Of a stretch of DNA of 64,000 nt, positions 30,433-39,030 are shown piece after piece. The position numbers were made by a program, and so were the translations under genes. How positions within the stretch are numbered: position 1 is the stretch's first letter; every line of letters starts with the position of its first letter. Below the pieces are notes generated by a model. It saw only the letters and a program-made list of their open reading frames with translations, searched no databases and was not told the origin of the DNA. This DNA is from a virus (Duplodnaviria > Caudoviricetes). The DNA lies in IMG/VR virus record IMGVR_UViG_3300011989_000257, positions 256,001 through 320,000 of that record; one strand, 5' to 3'.

Positions 30433-30504
30433 CTGGAACGGAGAATTACGATATCTCGACCCCTTGCTTAACAGGCAAGCGCTCTGCCTCTGAGCTACGT
30501 TCCA
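30433..30504 (-). tRNA. tRNA-Asn(GTT)
   Basis: CTTGC-CTGTTAA-GCAAG. Confidence 0.85.
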
Positions 30505-30514
30505 ATTTTTTTTG

Positions 30515-30588
30515 TAGGAAGAGTGAGAGTCGAACTCACCATCATCTGCTTGTAAGGCAGAGGTCCATAGCCGATAGACGGTCTTCCT
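30515..30588 (-). tRNA. tRNA-Val(TAC)
   Basis: TCTGC-CTTACAA-GCAGA. Confidence 0.85.
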
Positions 30589-30708
30589 AACTTATAAGAT
30601 GCTTGCGTGAGTCCAAAATCACCTATGCCGTTATCTACTAATCGTCTCAAAACAACCGTAGCAGCTTTTTACGAATTAACAAGCATCTTTTTTATTTTTT
30701 CTACTATG

Positions 30709-30781
30709 AGCCTTGTGTCGGAATCGAACCAACAACCTGCACTTTACTAAAGTGCTGCTCTGCCAATTGAGCTAACGAGGC
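30709..30781 (-). tRNA. tRNA-Thr(AGT)
   Basis: GCACT-TTAGTAA-AGTGC. Confidence 0.85.
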
Positions 30782-30887
30782 ATATGCGCCCAAGCAATTT
30801 ATTTTCACTCTGTACCTTGGACTATACAGAAACCTTTAAGTGTGGCATCTAGTTTCAACCGACGTCAAATCTAGCTAGACAAACTTG

Positions 30888-30963
30888 TGGATGCAATAGG
30901 ATTCGAACCTATGTTTGTTACCAATCACACGGTCACTCCCCAAAGGAGTCCTTACACGCATCC
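30888..30963 (-). ncRNA. tRNA-like RNA lacking a canonical D arm
   Basis: Acceptor GGATGCG/TGCATCC, perfect T arm, two internal hairpins. Confidence 0.55.
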
Positions 30964-30968
30964 ATTTG

Positions 30969-31041
30969 TGTGAGAAGATGGAATCGAACCACCGTTGTCG
31001 TGGGGCTTCAACCCACCGCTAAACCTCTCAGCTACTCCCAC
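30969..31041 (-). tRNA. tRNA-Phe(GAA)
   Basis: GTGGG-TTGAAGC-CCCAC. Confidence 0.8.
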
Positions 31042-31046
31042 ATTTG

Positions 31047-31118
31047 CGGTCTATGGGGGAATCGAACCCCCATCCCCTGATAGACAGTCAGGTATCGTAG
31101 CCGTTGGACCAATAGACC
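31047..31118 (-). tRNA. tRNA-Asp(GTC)
   Basis: CCTGA-CTGTCTA-TCAGG. Confidence 0.9.
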
Positions 31119-31133
31119 ATAATATATGTCTTG

Positions 31134-31216
31134 AGACGAGGGTGGGATTTGAACCCACGTGCCTTGCGGCCAAAGGTTTTGCAGACCTAGGCGATTGACC
31201 ACTCCGCCACCTCGTC
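31134..31216 (-). tRNA. tRNA-Cys(GCA) with long variable arm
   Basis: AGGT-CTGCAAA-ACCT; GCC-GCAA-GGC variable stem; U73. Confidence 0.82.
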
Positions 31217-31225
31217 ATTTTGTTG

Positions 31226-31302
31226 TGGGGCGGGGCAGAATCGAACTGCCGCTAACGACCTGGATTTTCAGTCCAGCGCTCTACCAACTGAGCTACCTCC
31301 CC
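31226..31302 (-). tRNA. tRNA-Phe(GAA)
   Basis: CTGGA-CTGAAAA-TCCAG. Confidence 0.88.
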
Positions 31303-31303
31303 A

Positions 31304-31633
31304 TTATACAAACACATAATTTATGAACTTGTCCCACCAAGTTTCTTTTTCATCTTTATCTTCATTATCTATAAATCCAAATTCCTTGAGGAATTGTTTA
31401 AATTCTTTTTCTTCTTCAGCAAACTTTGGATTAGTAATTGTATTTCCGCTATTGCTATTATCTTCGGCTAATTCATCTATTACTTCGAAATGGAGTATGA
31501 AATCTTCCATATTAACTCCAATTGATTCAATAACCCAATAATTTTCATTCACCGCATTACCAATATATTTTTCCCCTACTTTGAAAGTAAATCCATGCTG
31601 TTCAAATTTTTCTATGCACATTACTATCTTCAT
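31304..31633 (-). CDS. hypothetical protein (start revised to MKIV)
   Basis: Promoter at 31652 lies inside track extension. Confidence 0.65.
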   Translation of the reverse strand: MKIVMCIEKFEQHGFTFKVGEKYIGNAVNENYWVIESIGVNMEDFILHFEVIDELAEDNSNSGNTITNPKFAEEEKEFKQFLKEFGFIDNEDKDEKETWWDKFINYVFV

Positions 31634-31715
31634 ATTGAATGCTTTTTTTTTTGCAAAGATACTAAAAATTTTCTTATTAGCCAAATTATTTCTCCTAATA
31701 AAAGTTAAGCACATA

Positions 31716-31757
31716 AAAAAAGCTGCTAAAGACTTTTTGGAGTTCTTCAACAGCTTG
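31716..31757 (-). terminator. intrinsic terminator
   Basis: AAGCTGTTGAAGA...TCTTTAGCAGCTT followed by T run. Confidence 0.6.
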
Positions 31758-32081
31758 GGAAAATATATAGTGAAGTAAGTGCCTTCTTCTTATATAGATA
31801 TATCATATCTCAGTATCTCCTCTAAGCTGTCCTCCTCCTGCATCAAAATTACACGCAACAGAATCACTCCATTTACTTGATGTAGCAAATGTAGCATTAA
31901 ATTTAGCGATATTAGTAATAACTGTTGTATTCATAATTTTAATGTTTTTAATTTATTAATTTTTTCTATAATTATATACAAGATTTAAAAAATATTGTTT
32001 TTTATCAATTTTTTTTCATTTACAATGCAAAGATATATCTTTTTTTTGTAAATTCCAAATTTTTTGGGAACTTTTTTTCAT

Positions 32082-32441
32082 TTATTCACTTAAAACTGCT
32101 TCCCATTCACTTTCCATTTGGTTTACATACTCATTTTCATCATCTTCACAATCACTATCTGTTATTTTAGATAAATGCTCAATAATCTTTTTTGTGCCAA
32201 TTTTAGATGCATATAACTCACGCACACCTTTCAGTCTAATTCTTCGGTTACAAGTATATCCATCTACAGTACCACTTACCCAACAATCTGAATTTGAAGT
32301 TGTGGATGCACAAAATGTAATTTTATCGCCCTCAATTGCTTCATATTCATTCGTGTTAGTGTTGAACAGTCTTCCATTTTTAATAATAAGACACTTTTCA
32401 AACACATTAAGAACAAGACAATTGTTTATCTCTATTATCAT
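32082..32441 (-). CDS. hypothetical protein
   Basis: ORF. Confidence 0.6.
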   Translation of the reverse strand: MIIEINNCLVLNVFEKCLIIKNGRLFNTNTNEYEAIEGDKITFCASTTSNSDCWVSGTVDGYTCNRRIRLKGVRELYASKIGTKKIIEHLSKITDSDCEDDENEYVNQMESEWEAVLSE

Positions 32442-32465
32442 AACATTTTTCTAAAAATAAAAACA

Positions 32466-32538
32466 GTACTCCCAGAAGGAATTGCACCCTCATCATGACA
32501 TCCGTAGTGTCGCATTCTATCTGTTGAACTATGGGAGC
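32466..32538 (-). tRNA. tRNA-Arg(ACG)
   Basis: GACA-CTACGGA-TGTC. Confidence 0.85.
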
Positions 32539-32545
32539 AAATCAA

Positions 32546-32687
32546 GGAAGCGTAGGTTTATTATGACTATTGTTTCCCTTTAATCACTTTCACTGCTACT
32601 ATACTTCACAATTACAGTGTGGTACTTCAGCCCTTTGCCTAATTTCAAGAAGTAACGTTAATTATTATTCAACTGCTGTACGCTTCC
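32546..32687 (-). ncRNA. CAGCAA-stem RNA 5 (non-tRNA cargo)
   Basis: GGAAGCGTA-CAGCAG...TACGCTTCC. Confidence 0.6.
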
Positions 32688-32711
32688 AAAAGTATTTTTG
32701 TGTCAATTGCG

Positions 32712-32978
32712 TCAACCATAATGTCTAGCAAACTCTATCTCTGCGTCAGCTTCCTCCCTAGGGTTAACTTCTATACCATTATTGCCGTAATATTCACACT
32801 TATTATAAATATTGCTAGCAATATTTGGCGATACATGTAGAGTTCTTGCCATATCAATGATTTTTTCTATTTTAGTTTTTGTGGGTGCTTGTTTTCTTTT
32901 CTTTTTTACACCACTTCCAAACATTTTTTCTGCTCCATCAAAATAATAATACATATGTTGCTTATGTTTTAAATCCAA
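32712..32978 (-). CDS. hypothetical protein
   Basis: ORF between two stem RNAs. Confidence 0.55.
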   Translation of the reverse strand: MDLKHKQHMYYYFDGAEKMFGSGVKKKRKQAPTKTKIEKIIDMARTLHVSPNIASNIYNKCEYYGNNGIEVNPREEADAEIEFARHYG

Positions 32979-32987
32979 AATAAAAAA

Positions 32988-33139
32988 GGAACGGTCAATT
33001 TACTGTCGTGACTAGACATTTGCTCTTTCGAGCGAATGGATAAGTGCCTCGCAATTATGATTTAGTGCTTCGCTTACCCTCATACAAATCTAATTAACAA
33101 AAAGCTTTAATTTAAATTAATAAGACTGCTGTACGTTCC
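32988..33139 (-). ncRNA. CAGCAA-stem RNA 6 (non-tRNA, multi-hairpin cargo)
   Basis: GGAACG-TACAGCAG...CGTTCC; internal GCTC-GAAA-GAGC hairpin. Confidence 0.6.
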
Positions 33140-33294
33140 TAAAAAAAATTCCATACGAAGTTCCACCATATGTGGATTTTCTTAACTTGAATGGAATGAT
33201 ATTTCTCCACATCGTGCTCGGAGTCTAACCTTGCGACAGTGAACTTTGATGTGTGCTCTTCTGTTCCATATATCGATTCCGATGTGGAGATTTG

Positions 33295-33898
33295 TGATGG
33301 GGGTGGGATTCGAACCCACGACCTGAAGCTTCATACCACTCTATGTTACCATAGCCAACAAACGATGTTTTTAAACAGCTTATTACACAGCCTCCGCTTA
33401 CTGAGACGTTTGTTGTTGTAGTCTGGAATACATTTTTACCACATTGAAATTCTTGCAAGATACCAATCAGATTCCTATTCCAAGATGTGTTTTCTACTAA
33501 GTACACGGCATTGATAAATTTCAACTTAGGCATTCTTATCAGATGCATCTGAATAGAATGTGAGGGTATTCAATATATTTCCCTCATAACTCCTATATAC
33601 TCTCTACACGTTTATGAGCCTGTGACATTCCAACCTGAATATTACACGAGGTATTCACAGTATTTCATCTTACTCAATTTAGCACGGTATTATCCTCACA
33701 CATTATTGGTTAGTGCCGAGATAAAGTCGCAGACTCGAACCTTGGTCTTCACTATAAGTGACGTGTTTCCTATTACACCAAAATTATCTCGTACAAGGAT
33801 TTCCACCGTTTTAGGGAGTTTCTACTATGGGATTTCTCGCCATAGCATCCAATTTATTTATAGAAGGCTCCTGCTCTGTCCAACTGAGCTACCCCACC
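33295..33898 (-). tRNA. tRNA-Arg(TCT) split by intron (exons 33898-33862 and 33331-33295)
   Basis: Joined halves give GGAGC-CTTCTAA-GCTTC with acceptor GGTGGGG/CCCCATC. Confidence 0.85.
33332..33861 (-). mobile_element. group I intron (~530 nt, no ORF)
   Basis: Follows exon U, ends in G; core-like segments AAACGGTGGAA, ATAATACCGTGCTAA, GTAGAGAGTATA; P3-like CTCCCTA/TAGGAG. Confidence 0.75.
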
Positions 33899-33905
33899 AT
33901 TTTTT

Positions 33906-34175
33906 TTATTTCGGTTCAAAATAACTTTCTTTTTTGCATTTGCCAATGCTTTCATATGTAATTGCCCCAAAGTTCTTACTTAGCAGACACATATCATAAT
34001 TATCAAAGTATTTGCAATTTGAGCAAAAACTATTTTCATAACTCTTTACATAATCCTCATCAATAAATGAATAAGAATCATCAACTAATGGCGCTTTTTT
34101 AATTTCATATACAATTATAAGAATCGACACAACAAATAATGATATAATAGTGCCAAGTAAAATTGTCCAAATCAT
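33906..34175 (-). CDS. small membrane protein with Cys motif
   Basis: N-terminal TM, CxxC. Confidence 0.6.
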   Translation of the reverse strand: MIWTILLGTIISLFVVSILIIVYEIKKAPLVDDSYSFIDEDYVKSYENSFCSNCKYFDNYDMCLLSKNFGAITYESIGKCKKESYFEPK

Positions 34176-34425
34176 ATCCCTTTTCTCATCTTAATTTTTT
34201 TAGCCACAGCCTCAATATCATTATCGAAAGATTTTCTTCTCTCTTCTTCTGACATTGGCTTACTATCTTTCTTATTAAGATAATTGCTTATCACCACAAG
34301 TACAAGTACCATAATAAAGGCAACAAACAATATAAATAATATCCTTCCCATATACTATAATATTTTCACAATGCAAAGATACTAAAAAAAATTGGAATAA
34401 CCAAATTTTATTAGAACTTTTTTTG

Positions 34426-34513
34426 TGCCCCTAGTAGGACTCAAACCTACACGCTACTATTACTTCACACTAGATTCTAATTCTAGGGTGTCTATCAATT
34501 CCACCATAGGGGC
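34426..34513 (-). tRNA. tRNA-Leu(TAG)
   Basis: CTAGA-ATTAGAA-TCTAG, class II. Confidence 0.85.
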
Positions 34514-34519
34514 AAATAC

Positions 34520-34668
34520 GGAAACAACTTTCGTTTTTAACTGCCGTGTCTACCACTCCACCACCACTTGATATCTAATACTAATAGTGTCAAGTGGGTA
34601 GGATTCGAACCTACGAACCTTTCGGTAGCAGTTCCCTCATAAAAGAAATAATATTGCTGTATGTTTCC
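34520..34668 (-). ncRNA. CAGCAA-stem RNA 7 (cargo: circularly permuted class II, Leu-like tRNA)
   Basis: AACTGC, variable arm, T arm, looped acceptor CCACTTGA/TCAAGTGG, D arm, GCAGTT. Confidence 0.85.
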
Positions 34669-34675
34669 TTAAAGG

Positions 34676-34748
34676 TGGGCCCACCCAGATTCGAACTGGG
34701 GATACAGGATTATGAGTCGTGCGTTTTAACCTATTGAACTACAGGCCC
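34676..34748 (-). tRNA. tRNA-CAT (Ile2 or Met)
   Basis: Cloverleaf with CTCATAA loop. Confidence 0.8.
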
Positions 34749-35309
34749 TTATTCATTTAATTTTCTTAGACGTTGAATGATTTTTCTAGTTATACCAAAA
34801 TGTTTGGCAACTTTTTCCCAAGATTTCAACTCATTATATTTTTCTACTAATTCATTGTATGATGGATATTTTTCATTTATTTCAGCTTCTCTGCACTCTT
34901 TAGAACAATAAAGTTTACCAGCTACATAATCAAATTCCTTTCCACAGTGCTTACATATCGCTTTTCTTTTTATGCTAGAAAATACTGAGGAATGCTTTGA
35001 CTGCATTTCTTCAATTAAATTATCTATGTTATCTTTATCAAACTGAGGGTTGTGTAACTCTCTATGACAATTTGAACATACAATAATACATTTATCAAGT
35101 TCCTCAAGAATTTTTCCTTTGGTTGTATTCGATAAGTGCCTTGAGTCTAACTGAAAACTCTTAATGCTAGGGTCTAAATGGTGAAATTCTAATGCTGCAA
35201 TATTTTTATCATATCCACACCTTTCACATTTCCCCCCTTTTAATCTGATAATTTCTAATTTCCTACTTAATGCTCTTTCTTTTTGTTTCAAATAATCATT
35301 TGGATTCAT
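34749..35309 (-). CDS. HNH homing endonuclease
   Basis: CERCGY...LEFHHLDP...CIIVCSNCHRELH. Confidence 0.88.
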   Translation of the reverse strand: MNPNDYLKQKERALSRKLEIIRLKGGKCERCGYDKNIAALEFHHLDPSIKSFQLDSRHLSNTTKGKILEELDKCIIVCSNCHRELHNPQFDKDNIDNLIEEMQSKHSSVFSSIKRKAICKHCGKEFDYVAGKLYCSKECREAEINEKYPSYNELVEKYNELKSWEKVAKHFGITRKIIQRLRKLNE

Positions 35310-35418
35310 AATACTATTCTTTTTATATATAAATAGTACTTAAACCTCAAAAGTTATTATGATATACATAATTAATTAGTAATATGTTCTAATCATTTTA
35401 TAAATTTAGGCGCTTTAA

Positions 35419-35452
35419 CGTCTGCTGCTCTGACCAACTGAGCTAAAGGCCC
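35419..35452 (-). pseudogene. orphan tRNA 5' half
   Basis: GGGCCTTTAGCTCAGTTGGTCAGAGCAGCAGAC with no 3' half following. Confidence 0.7.
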
Positions 35453-35462
35453 CTTTATAATT

Positions 35463-35666
35463 TTAAATCATATTATTCCAATATGGATAATTTTTTCTTT
35501 CAGATAATGGTGTATCATACAATTCATAACTTGCACCACAATAAGGGCAACTTGCATTTGTCACCATTGCATCGTCTTCTTCTGACAATTCTTCTCCATT
35601 AATTTCACTGAGCATAAAATTACCTCCAATAATGAGGTCATGCCCACAACGCATACATTTTTCCAT
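35463..35666 (-). CDS. small zinc-ribbon protein (start revised to MEKC)
   Basis: CMRC...CPYC; track extension overlaps tRNAs. Confidence 0.65.
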   Translation of the reverse strand: MEKCMRCGHDLIIGGNFMLSEINGEELSEEDDAMVTNASCPYCGASYELYDTPLSERKNYPYWNNMI

Positions 35667-35689
35667 ATTGTTAGTTTTTAGTTTGATAG

Positions 35690-35803
35690 AGCCGTGTGCT
35701 GGATTCGAACCAACGTTTGTACTTAAACACCCCTTGTGCATATGCTGGTACCTATTGGGGTCGCCTCGTTTGCGCTGTGCTGACCGTCTTACACTAACAC
35801 GGC
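35690..35803 (-). ncRNA. tRNA-Thr-like body with ~45 nt structured insertion in anticodon arm
   Basis: GCCGTGT/ACACGGC acceptor, D and T arms intact. Confidence 0.6.
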
Positions 35804-35812
35804 AATTTTTAG

Positions 35813-35886
35813 AGCGTGTGAGGAGGCTCGAACTCCCAGCCTTTGCCTTGGCAAGGCAACTATCTAACCAATTGATATACACACGC
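35813..35886 (-). tRNA. tRNA-Gly(GCC)
   Basis: TTGCC-TTGCCAA-GGCAA. Confidence 0.88.
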
Positions 35887-35892
35887 AAATAA

Positions 35893-36042
35893 GGAAACGT
35901 TTTTTTGTTTATTGATACTGCTCTAGCCAACTGAGCTACCGCCACATATTAGTTGTTGTATTATAGAGTGGCGGGTGGGATTCGAACCCACGACCCGTAG
36001 CTTGGAATGCTTTGTAAACGAATAACCTTGCTGCACGTTTCC
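35893..36042 (-). ncRNA. CAGCAA-stem RNA 8 (cargo: circularly permuted tRNA opened at anticodon)
   Basis: T arm, looped acceptor CCGCCAC/GTGGCGG, D arm, inside GGAAACGT/ACGTTTCC. Confidence 0.85.
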
Positions 36043-36046
36043 ACTG

Positions 36047-36118
36047 AGACGATGAACGGAATCGAACCGTCATCCTTTGCTTGGGAAGCAAATACACTAG
36101 CCACTGTGCTACACCGTC
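36047..36118 (-). tRNA. tRNA-Gly(CCC)
   Basis: TTTGC-TTCCCAA-GCAAA. Confidence 0.88.
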
Positions 36119-36293
36119 AAAATAAGTTCGTTTTTTATAACCGTATAACGAAACCAAAATTCCCACACCTACGATTGGGAAATAGTTTGAAAAGTTTGCA
36201 GATGGATACAACTGGGTATTCCATATACACTTCTCAGGGACTATCCACGTTACGTTGAGCCTCAAATCTCTTTTGAGATTTTTTTTAATTTTG

Positions 36294-36371
36294 AGTGGGA
36301 TAACGGAATCGAACCGTCGCTTGCCTACACCTTGGAAGGGTGTCGTGCGCCTCCAACTACACTAATCCCAC
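36294..36371 (-). tRNA. tRNA-Gly(TCC)
   Basis: ACACC-CTTCCAA-GGTGT. Confidence 0.85.
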
Positions 36372-36566
36372 ATAAGTGAACTAACTTTGTGACATTGCAA
36401 AACCAATGTCTGGTTTGGTATTAGTCCATGAGCTGTTTACCATTATTGCAGCAACCGTTTATCTAACCATTGATGAAGATGAAAGGAGAATGTAGACAAA
36501 ATAAATGGCTGATAAACTTTGGGTTTTAGCATCTACCCACAAGCCTATATTTCTCCTAATTTCGAG

Positions 36567-37586
36567 TTACTGAACAGTAATTACAATGGCTGTTCTACCC
36601 TTCTCAGAGTCAACACCCTTACCTTCTGCACTAGCAACCTTAATACCCCTCTTGGTCAGAAAGTCAGCAACCTTTGCAGCTCTCATTTCAGAAAGCTTCT
36701 GATTGAACTCCTTATTACCTTCTGGTGATGCAGTAGCAGTAACATCTACAATTGAATTCTCGCCAATCTGATTAAGGATAAATACAGCGGCAGGTGTCAA
36801 TGTTGACTTACCGAATTCAAATGGAACAATCCACTTTGCAGTTCCCTCATTTACAGTAACAGTTTTCTCTACTACCTTCTCTACCTCCTTAATCTGAGGC
36901 TCACGACTCTCGCACTCCGCAATCCTACCGTTGAGGTATGAAATCTCATTAAGCATAGCACCTACGTCATAAGTCTTGAAGTGGTGTGTACCATTACCGT
37001 TCTTGAAGTGATAAATAAATGACACATTAACTGCCAACTGTGCGTTGTGCTTGTCGAAATGGATATGACCAGGCTTGTTAAGATTCCAATAAACTGCTGG
37101 AGTTACAACAATTGAAGTTGCCTTATTCTTGCCAAGGTTAAAAGCAAGGTCAAGACCAGTCTTTGCTGTCATGTAGTTCGCTGATGTGTTCCATGTGTGA
37201 AGCCAACCAATACCAGTTACGGTACTAACCTCAAAAACACGTGGCGTACCATTATACCCCCCAAAGATATTGGACAAGTTAAATACCGCATTTGCGCCAA
37301 CATTTGTAGCCTTGATAGCAGTTTTAATGTCACTGAAATGGTTGTCATTCAGTACTGCCAAACCCTCTGCTTGAATACCAAACACAGGAGAAAAATCCTT
37401 CTGTACTTTCAGTCCTACATTAGTGTTGAGTGGGAACATTGAATTGAAGTCAAGAGGTGTAGAAACACCAGCGGTCACTCCAAAACTAATGTTGTCGAAA
37501 ACACGACTGTTCTCAGTCGCAATCTGTGCGTTTGCACTCGTAAATGCACTTACCATGAGTGCAAACATCAAAACAAATTTCTTCAT
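36567..37586 (-). CDS. OmpA-family outer membrane protein
   Basis: Signal peptide, beta-barrel-like region, C-terminal ASPEG..FNQKLSEMRA. Confidence 0.85.
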   Translation of the reverse strand: MKKFVLMFALMVSAFTSANAQIATENSRVFDNISFGVTAGVSTPLDFNSMFPLNTNVGLKVQKDFSPVFGIQAEGLAVLNDNHFSDIKTAIKATNVGANAVFNLSNIFGGYNGTPRVFEVSTVTGIGWLHTWNTSANYMTAKTGLDLAFNLGKNKATSIVVTPAVYWNLNKPGHIHFDKHNAQLAVNVSFIYHFKNGNGTHHFKTYDVGAMLNEISYLNGRIAECESREPQIKEVEKVVEKTVTVNEGTAKWIVPFEFGKSTLTPAAVFILNQIGENSIVDVTATASPEGNKEFNQKLSEMRAAKVADFLTKRGIKVASAEGKGVDSEKGRTAIVITVQ

Positions 37587-37636
37587 AACTTTTCTTTTTT
37601 TTTTGATTTTTGTTTAAATTATTATCACTAGAAAAA

Positions 37637-37746
37637 GGGAACTTTATTTTCGGTGGGATTCGAACCCACAAGTGCATTAAGCACAAAAGATTTCAAGTCT
37701 CTCAAGTCAACCATTCCTTCACGATGAATACTTGCTGTAAGTTCCC
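37637..37746 (-). ncRNA. CAGCAA-stem RNA 9 (cargo: unpermuted Ser(TGA)-like tRNA attached via acceptor)
   Basis: D arm, AGAGA-CTTGAAA-TCTTT, variable arm, T arm inside GGGAACTT/AAGTTCCC. Confidence 0.8.
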
Positions 37747-37755
37747 ACATATTTT

Positions 37756-38079
37756 TTACCAATCTTCAAAAGGGAGGTCATCATAATCTACCTCCTTTCT
37801 AACACCCCACTTATATAAGTAATGTGGTATACCATCAACCAAATCCTTCCTAAAAGTAGGTGTTTGCATTTCAAGTCCTTTTCTAGTAAAGGTCTTTTCT
37901 ATTAATTCAAAAGCCTCAGAACAATATGGATATGTTGTCTCAATTTCAACCTTTAGAAACTGAACATAACTTAAGTCATTCTTTGACTTATCAATCGCCT
38001 CTTGTATCTTCCTTATAAAATAAAGACAATACTTAGGAAAATTAATATCATCCTTTGTTATTTTCTTATATTCGCTCAT
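37756..38079 (-). CDS. hypothetical protein
   Basis: ORF ending DDLPFEDW. Confidence 0.65.
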   Translation of the reverse strand: MSEYKKITKDDINFPKYCLYFIRKIQEAIDKSKNDLSYVQFLKVEIETTYPYCSEAFELIEKTFTRKGLEMQTPTFRKDLVDGIPHYLYKWGVRKEVDYDDLPFEDW

Positions 38080-38240
38080 AACATTATCAAATTAAAAACA
38101 TCAACTATCACGTCTGGGTTGCTACTAGAGACCTCACCTCCACCACTACCTCTCCAGGAAGATAACCTGGTACATTCTTTCGATTTTCACGACCCCACCG
38201 TTTATTGGACTGACATGGTAACGATTATTTGATGTTTATG

Positions 38241-38313
38241 TCGAGGTGACAGGGCTCGAACCTGCGACCTCATGGTCCCAAACCACGTGCTCTACCTACT
38301 GAGCTACGCCTCG
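38241..38313 (-). tRNA. tRNA-Pro(TGG)
   Basis: Cloverleaf, TTTGGGA loop. Confidence 0.9.
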
Positions 38314-38459
38314 ATTAGTTACCTTTAATCATAAGGTACTCCTTCTTCTTCTCCAGCATAGATATAAGGGTCTTCATTATCTTTGATGTAATCCCATTCC
38401 CCATATCTATCATAATAACCATCTGCACAAGCCATAATTCATTAATTTTTAAAAAAGTC

Positions 38460-38575
38460 GGAAACATTTTTTCTTACTTAGCTATCACACCTAATGGCGT
38501 GAGTTGGACTTGAACCAACGACCCTTAAATTATGAATTTAATGCTATACCCATTATAAACTTGCTGTATGTTTCC
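38460..38575 (-). ncRNA. CAGCAA-stem RNA 10 (cargo: tRNA-CAT permuted within the D loop)
   Basis: 3' D strand, TTAAA-TTCATAA-TTTAA, T arm, TCACGCC-ATTA-GGTGTGA, TAGCT. Confidence 0.85.
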
Positions 38576-38643
38576 TTTTATGTTTTAGCTACATTTATTT
38601 TATCTTTGCAAAGATATATATTTTTTTTGTGAATTCCAAATTT

Positions 38644-39030
38644 TTAATCAATTTTTTTCAATGGAACGAACAAATCATACCCATTATCATCTTGAAAATG
38701 ATTTATTTTGGCATCTTGCCATTCACCGAATTTATATCTTTTATATTCAAAGCACTTGCCATTCCAAGTTGCTTTATCCGCATTTCTGCAATCACCTTCA
38801 TAAGTTGTACCAATTTCAAGTTTGTCCTTTGGTATTGCTCCACAACGTATGAGGTTTTTCACAATAACCTCTTCATATATATGAGGGTCATCAACCTTTG
38901 GTATACTTGGTATGTCATCAATTGTTTTGAATGGTTTTAGGTTTTTGAACCTCTCTATTCTTTCGATGTCTTCTTTTGCTTTTCTTTCACGAAGTTTTTG
39001 TTTTATTTTTTCTAATTTCTCACTTTCCAT
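38644..39030 (-). CDS. hypothetical phage protein
   Basis: ORF. Confidence 0.7.
   Translation of the reverse strand: MESEKLEKIKQKLRERKAKEDIERIERFKNLKPFKTIDDIPSIPKVDDPHIYEEVIVKNLIRCGAIPKDKLEIGTTYEGDCRNADKATWNGKCFEYKRYKFGEWQDAKINHFQDDNGYDLFVPLKKID

Noticed and set aside
25626-36265. Minus-strand ORFs 25626-25808, 33225-33548, 35936-36265
   Set aside because: They overlap tRNAs, the intron or stem RNAs and show no protein features.
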